NCBI GenBank assembly: GCA_963790025.1
Contig: CAWBMP010000002.1
Span: 512,001 to 576,000 of the forward strand
Length of the DNA stretch: 64,000 nucleotides
Origin: Nitrospirota bacterium
GTDB taxonomy: Bacteria; Nitrospirota; Thermodesulfovibrionia; Thermodesulfovibrionales; Dissulfurispiraceae
Reading direction: 5' to 3'
The notes beneath the pieces were generated by a model. That model saw only the letters and a program-made list of their open reading frames with translations. It was not told where the DNA came from and searched no databases. Shown piece after piece: positions 59,802-64,000 of the stretch (position 1 is the stretch's first letter; each line of letters opens with the position of its first letter). The translations under genes and the position numbers were made by a program.

Positions 59802-60533
59802 TCATGCCCCCTCCACTTTCTTCTTCATTCCCGGCCGACCCTTGGATGCCCTGAAATATATATTCGGGCTAACGATGGGTTCGCCCAGGCGTCCGAGGAC
59901 ATACCGCATAAGGGCCCTCAGAAAAAATCTGGCCCCTTTTCTGCTCCAGTCCGGAAAACTGCGGACAATAACCGATATGTCTCCGAAGCCGGCAGATTCC
60001 ATCAATGCCCTCATACTCTGTTTATCAAAAGACTGTATGTGTCCAAACCTGTGGAATGTATTCTTGCAACAAGGGCAAAAAACTGTGCCGCTGCGCAAAT
60101 CTTCCCTGAATGGAACAGTGCCGATAAAAAGGCCGCCGGGTTTAAGTACGCGAAAAACCTCCGGAAGGGTTTGGTTCAGATCATCGTCGTTCAGGTGCTC
60201 CAGCACCTCCGTCATAATGACCCCGTCGAAGACATCGCTTTCAAAGGGTATGGATTGACTATGTCCGACACAAGCCCTGTCCCCTATGGGGATCCGTTGT
60301 TTCAGGTTGTCCACCGTTTTTGGGGAAGGATCGAGCGCGTAGACATTAATGCCCCGCTGATACATCTTTTCCTCCATGTGGCCACTTCCGATTCCTATAT
60401 TCAGAACTGACCGGGACTTTTCAAAACGCGTGGCCAGATAGTCGAGACGCGGATAACTTAGTTCGAATGTCGTCCACTCCGAGTCGTTCTGGAAATGGTC
60501 CCAAATGCAGTCCTGAGCATCCTGCTTCTTCAT
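59802..60533 (-). CDS. Class I SAM-dependent methyltransferase
   Basis: VLNIGIGSG, EVLEHL, RVLKPGG, CPCC insert. Confidence 0.87.
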   Translation of the reverse strand: MKKQDAQDCIWDHFQNDSEWTTFELSYPRLDYLATRFEKSRSVLNIGIGSGHMEEKMYQRGINVYALDPSPKTVDNLKQRIPIGDRACVGHSQSIPFESDVFDGVIMTEVLEHLNDDDLNQTLPEVFRVLKPGGLFIGTVPFREDLRSGTVFCPCCKNTFHRFGHIQSFDKQSMRALMESAGFGDISVIVRSFPDWSRKGARFFLRALMRYVLGRLGEPIVSPNIYFRASKGRPGMKKKVEGA

Positions 60534-61783
60534 CTGCGCTCCGGTATCCTCAATATCTTCCTCAAAATATCTTTTATCGTCTTATGCCTGCCCAGCCAAA
60601 CCGCGGCTATATACCGAAGATATATACGGACGCTGGGATAATCGATTTTACGGTATTTCAGAAACAGGCAGAGTTCTTCAAGAAAATTCCTGTATTTTCC
60701 CGCAAGTAAAAAAAGTCCCATATAATGAAACCTGAAGCTCGAGTAACCCCTGACAAAACATTTGTCCACATAAAGGGCCGGGTCCTTTCTCCTGTATTTG
60801 TGCAGTGTCCCGAATATTCTTCCGAAAGCTGTTTCGGCGTCATAATCCCTCAGCGCCCGCTCATGCCCTCTCCTGGCAATTTCCTCTCTCTCTTCTTCAT
60901 TCTCCAGGTAATACTTTATTTTATCCTTAAGCTCTTCCTGCGTGTGAAACACGTCGATCTCTTTGCCTATCTCGAACATTTCCTCTATTCCGGGCGCGTA
61001 TTCGCTCAACACAAATCCACCGCATAAAGCCACTTCAATGGGCCTTCCCTTGCACCCCTTTATCCTGTTATTGATATGAAGGCCAAAAGGCGCGGACCCC
61101 TGGTCCGTTCCTGTAAAGTTGAGGTTTATCCTGCTTTCGCTGAATATTTCCAGCATTCTGGCAAAACTGACGTGGCCGTTCGGGGCGTCTGCCCCATAGG
61201 CCTCGATACTTATGTTGTTCTCCATCAGATAGTCGACATGTTTTCTTCTCGTTCTGTTTATAAAATTGCCGACAAATGAAACGTCTATGGTTTTTCGTGT
61301 AACGCCGGGGGCTGCATAAAGTTTTTTGCTGAATAGAGAGAAAGTGCACAGGGTATTGATATTTAAAAGTTCATATGCGTATTTAGGCAGATAGTTCGGC
61401 AGCAGCACCAGATCGGCAAGCTGGGCATAATACCTGTCAACCGATTCGAAATAATATTCCGTATCGAAAAAATTCATGACTATACTGGACGATTTGGACA
61501 ACTTTTCCAGGAAATGAATATCGAAAGTAAGGTCGCTGGACCAGAGTATAAAGAAAATATAATTGACCCTGTTCTCAATGACCATGGCCTCAATAGTCTT
61601 CTCAAACTCCTTCTTTCCCTTCTGCACATATAAATCCCAATAATCTACAAAACAATAATTATCGCTGTTTGCTTTTATGCCGTTGCAATAAATTTCCAGT
61701 ATAGCATTGAAATCTGCAAAATGAGATATTGCCATTACATTCCGATTAGTTACCTGCAGATATTCACTATGTTCTTTCATCAA
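60530..61783 (-). CDS. Glycosyltransferase (CgeB / Glyco_trans_1_2-like)
   Basis: DVSFVG, SRINLN, KGRPIEVALCGGFVLSE, IKYYL..EEERE.IA..G. Confidence 0.8.
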   Translation of the reverse strand: MMKEHSEYLQVTNRNVMAISHFADFNAILEIYCNGIKANSDNYCFVDYWDLYVQKGKKEFEKTIEAMVIENRVNYIFFILWSSDLTFDIHFLEKLSKSSSIVMNFFDTEYYFESVDRYYAQLADLVLLPNYLPKYAYELLNINTLCTFSLFSKKLYAAPGVTRKTIDVSFVGNFINRTRRKHVDYLMENNISIEAYGADAPNGHVSFARMLEIFSESRINLNFTGTDQGSAPFGLHINNRIKGCKGRPIEVALCGGFVLSEYAPGIEEMFEIGKEIDVFHTQEELKDKIKYYLENEEEREEIARRGHERALRDYDAETAFGRIFGTLHKYRRKDPALYVDKCFVRGYSSFRFHYMGLFLLAGKYRNFLEELCLFLKYRKIDYPSVRIYLRYIAAVWLGRHKTIKDILRKILRIPERR

Positions 61784-62867
61784 AGAGTATCACCCCGGCA
61801 GTTTTCATTTTACCCTGTCCCATTTTTATCCGTAAACGGAATTCCTCAACTTTACGCCCGATGCATATATTCAATAAATAGGCAAATAGAATCGACAACA
61901 TAATGCTTGCAAACACGAATAAATCCGTATCATTAATATGCAGCTTTTGAAATAATAGGCGGGCCGCCCATATGACAACATAATGCACTATGTAAATCGG
62001 ATAGCTCAACTCGCCGATTCTGTTATCAAAATCAAACCTGTTTTGAAATATGAACGCGAGCGGAAGCAGCAGCAGGAAAAGAGGGAACAATATCAGCGAT
62101 TGATACAGCTCTCGTAACGGCAATATCAGGGGGAAACCGGCAAAGACGACCAACAGAAATATACTGGCATAGACCGACAAATTGTTAATCATCCTGACAG
62201 TCATGAGTCTGCGATACAAAGGCAGAAGAAACTGGTGAGAGAGGGCCCCCAGAAGGAAAAGGGCCAACTCTGCCGGAATAAACCTGTAAGTCCATGTGTC
62301 AATTGTTCCGATGCCGCGCATGAACAAACCTGCCCTCACAATAAGGGAGAGAATCAGGAAGGCTAAAATATACCTGCGTCTCTTTAAAATAAAGGGGGCA
62401 ATTAAATAAAAGGTGAGCTCGACTTCGAGCGTCCAGGCAGGAGGAACTAGCATACCAGCAGACAGCAGACAATAAGGACCGAATACCAACACATTATTCG
62501 TAACACTAAAGAACTGGATCCAATCCTGGCCGAATAGAAATATATTTGACAGGACCATCAAAATGTCTGCGGAACGAGGCATTACTCTATAAAAAGCAAA
62601 AAAACGCGGATTTGCAATTGAATATGCAATTAACGTCGCAAAGGCTACGCAAAAGTAGATCGGGTAAAGCCTGAGACAGCGATTGATATAGAAGGTCTTT
62701 ATATTCGCATATGCCTTACGCTCTACCAGGACATAAGACATCAGGAAACCCGAAATCATATAGAAGAGTTGAACGGCGTGCATTCCTCCGACAGCAAACA
62801 GCCTCTCGCTGCCCGATGCATGTCCTACTAACACGGCAATCGCGAACAATGTCCTTAGTGAACCCAT
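61767..62867 (-). CDS. Acyltransferase-3 (OafA-like) O-acyltransferase
   Basis: LRT..A..V...H, AVQLFYMISGF, RCLRLYP, WTLEVELTFY, GELSYPIYIVH. Confidence 0.9.
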   Translation of the reverse strand: MGSLRTLFAIAVLVGHASGSERLFAVGGMHAVQLFYMISGFLMSYVLVERKAYANIKTFYINRCLRLYPIYFCVAFATLIAYSIANPRFFAFYRVMPRSADILMVLSNIFLFGQDWIQFFSVTNNVLVFGPYCLLSAGMLVPPAWTLEVELTFYLIAPFILKRRRYILAFLILSLIVRAGLFMRGIGTIDTWTYRFIPAELALFLLGALSHQFLLPLYRRLMTVRMINNLSVYASIFLLVVFAGFPLILPLRELYQSLILFPLFLLLLPLAFIFQNRFDFDNRIGELSYPIYIVHYVVIWAARLLFQKLHINDTDLFVFASIMLSILFAYLLNICIGRKVEEFRLRIKMGQGKMKTAGVILFDERT

Positions 62868-62870
62868 TTT

Positions 62871-64000
62871 TCAGATATTCTCTGGATTGTAATCAGCAGC
62901 AATATTAATACCATGCGGGCGCTTATACTTGAAGCAAAGGACCACCGCGCTCAGCGCAACCATTTCGGAAACCACCAATGCAACCGCCATCCCTATATGC
63001 TTGTAAACAGGAGTCAGTATAAAAGCCAGGACCAGATTGACTATTCCTGCAAATATTACCACCCTGGAATATGCCTTATTCATATTGAATGCCAGCAATC
63101 CCAATGACGCTGCCAGACCACTGGAGCAAACAAGAAACGGCAGCAGTGAAAGAATTCTCAGAACTGCCACAGACCCGGGGTATTTAGGTCCCAAAAGTAT
63201 TCTTACAATATAAGGGGCAAGGACAAAAATCATCACCCCCAGAATAATTGTAAATCCGCCCATGCCCGCAAGGGCCTTATTAAAGATATTGACCGCCTTC
63301 TTCTCCGAGGTAACCGCCAACCTGCTTATATATGGATACATTGCTTGCGAAACAGGACTCAACATTGCAATAAAAGCTTTCACAATAGCATCTGCCGCCC
63401 TGTAATATCCCACAATAACATTGCTGCAAAACAATCCCAGGATAAAGACATTACTGGAAGTGTAAACAGTCCCCGCGAACAGTCCCAGAAAGACATGCCA
63501 GCCCTCTCTCAGTTCCGTGTAAACCGCCGCTTTCCGGGGAAGAGATATTACTATGCCGAAATTTCTAACAATCATCCACAGACTGATCGCGCCGACTATG
63601 ATTGTCCCAAGGGAATTCAAAAGAGGAACATAAAGATAGTCCGATTGTTCTCGCACAAAAATAAAGATGGTGACCAGATAAATGACCCTTGCAAATGTAT
63701 TGAGGACACTTATATGTTTCATTTTCTCCATGCCTTGGAAAAACCATGTGGGGAAAAAAACATTGCCCGGGACCATCAGGAAAGTTATAAGATAAAGTTC
63801 CCAGTTGGTCCTGAATTTGGAAAATATGATTACCATCAAAATAAAGACAGTGAAGCATGCAAGCATGAGAACAATCTTTATAAACATTATGGAGTTGAAA
63901 ACCTCGGCAAGTTCTTCTTTATGATCTCTGCTAACTGCCACCTTTCTCGGAGCGCTATGCACAAAGCCATAGTCTATTACAGTCACGAAGTAGAAAACAA
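62871..64000 (-). CDS. wzx: Wzx O-unit flippase, 5' end outside the window
   Basis: DYGF, FPTWFFQGME.M, VGYY.AAD, QAMYP, GMAVALVVSE; polytopic. Confidence 0.88.
   Translation of the reverse strand, partial: VFYFVTVIDYGFVHSAPRKVAVSRDHKEELAEVFNSIMFIKIVLMLACFTVFILMVIIFSKFRTNWELYLITFLMVPGNVFFPTWFFQGMEKMKHISVLNTFARVIYLVTIFIFVREQSDYLYVPLLNSLGTIIVGAISLWMIVRNFGIVISLPRKAAVYTELREGWHVFLGLFAGTVYTSSNVFILGLFCSNVIVGYYRAADAIVKAFIAMLSPVSQAMYPYISRLAVTSEKKAVNIFNKALAGMGGFTIILGVMIFVLAPYIVRILLGPKYPGSVAVLRILSLLPFLVCSSGLAASLGLLAFNMNKAYSRVVIFAGIVNLVLAFILTPVYKHIGMAVALVVSEMVALSAVVLCFKYKRPHGINIAADYNPENI

Noticed and set aside
467..63107. Many plus-strand ORFs, up to 265 aa (e.g. 44888..45685, 29913..30662, 48656..49393, 27442..28131)
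   Set aside because: All lie antisense to well-supported minus-strand genes and show no recognisable motifs; treated as shadow ORFs.
1..64000. tRNA, rRNA, riboswitch (including cobalamin) or IS elements
   Set aside because: Intergenic gaps are under about 100 nt and show no recognisable structure; no covariance-model search was possible.

Overview
The whole 64 kb is the interior of one very large bacterial cell-surface glycan (O-antigen, capsule or S-layer glycan) biosynthesis locus. About 50 genes lie on the minus strand, many coupled by ATGA overlaps, and both window edges cut genes. In transcription order (right to left): Wzx flippase, acyltransferase, glycosyltransferases (GTs) and methyltransferases; a B12-radical-SAM/GT4 fusion; a WbpB/D/E-type diacetamido-uronate module; cassettes pairing sugar-tailoring enzymes and DPM-synthase-like GT2s with three paralogues of an unrecognised GT-C-like membrane protein; an MBOAT; AsnB and a priming module (GT4, WbpV-, PglC- and PglF-like); a WaaL-like protein with a 3x168-bp internal repeat; a YfhO-type GT-C; a cassette matching the lincosamide GDP-octose gene set; a GDP-heptose module in which a Cj1427-type dehydrogenase sits with an L-2-hydroxyglutarate oxidase; a split transketolase and a second B12-radical SAM; and Wzm with an unusually extended Wzt. 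Frameshifts cluster at about 18.2-20.3 kb (possibly real decay) and about 30-46 kb (many look like homopolymer sequencing errors). I saw no RNA genes, CRISPR arrays or mobile elements. All family calls come from reading motifs by eye, not from database searches.
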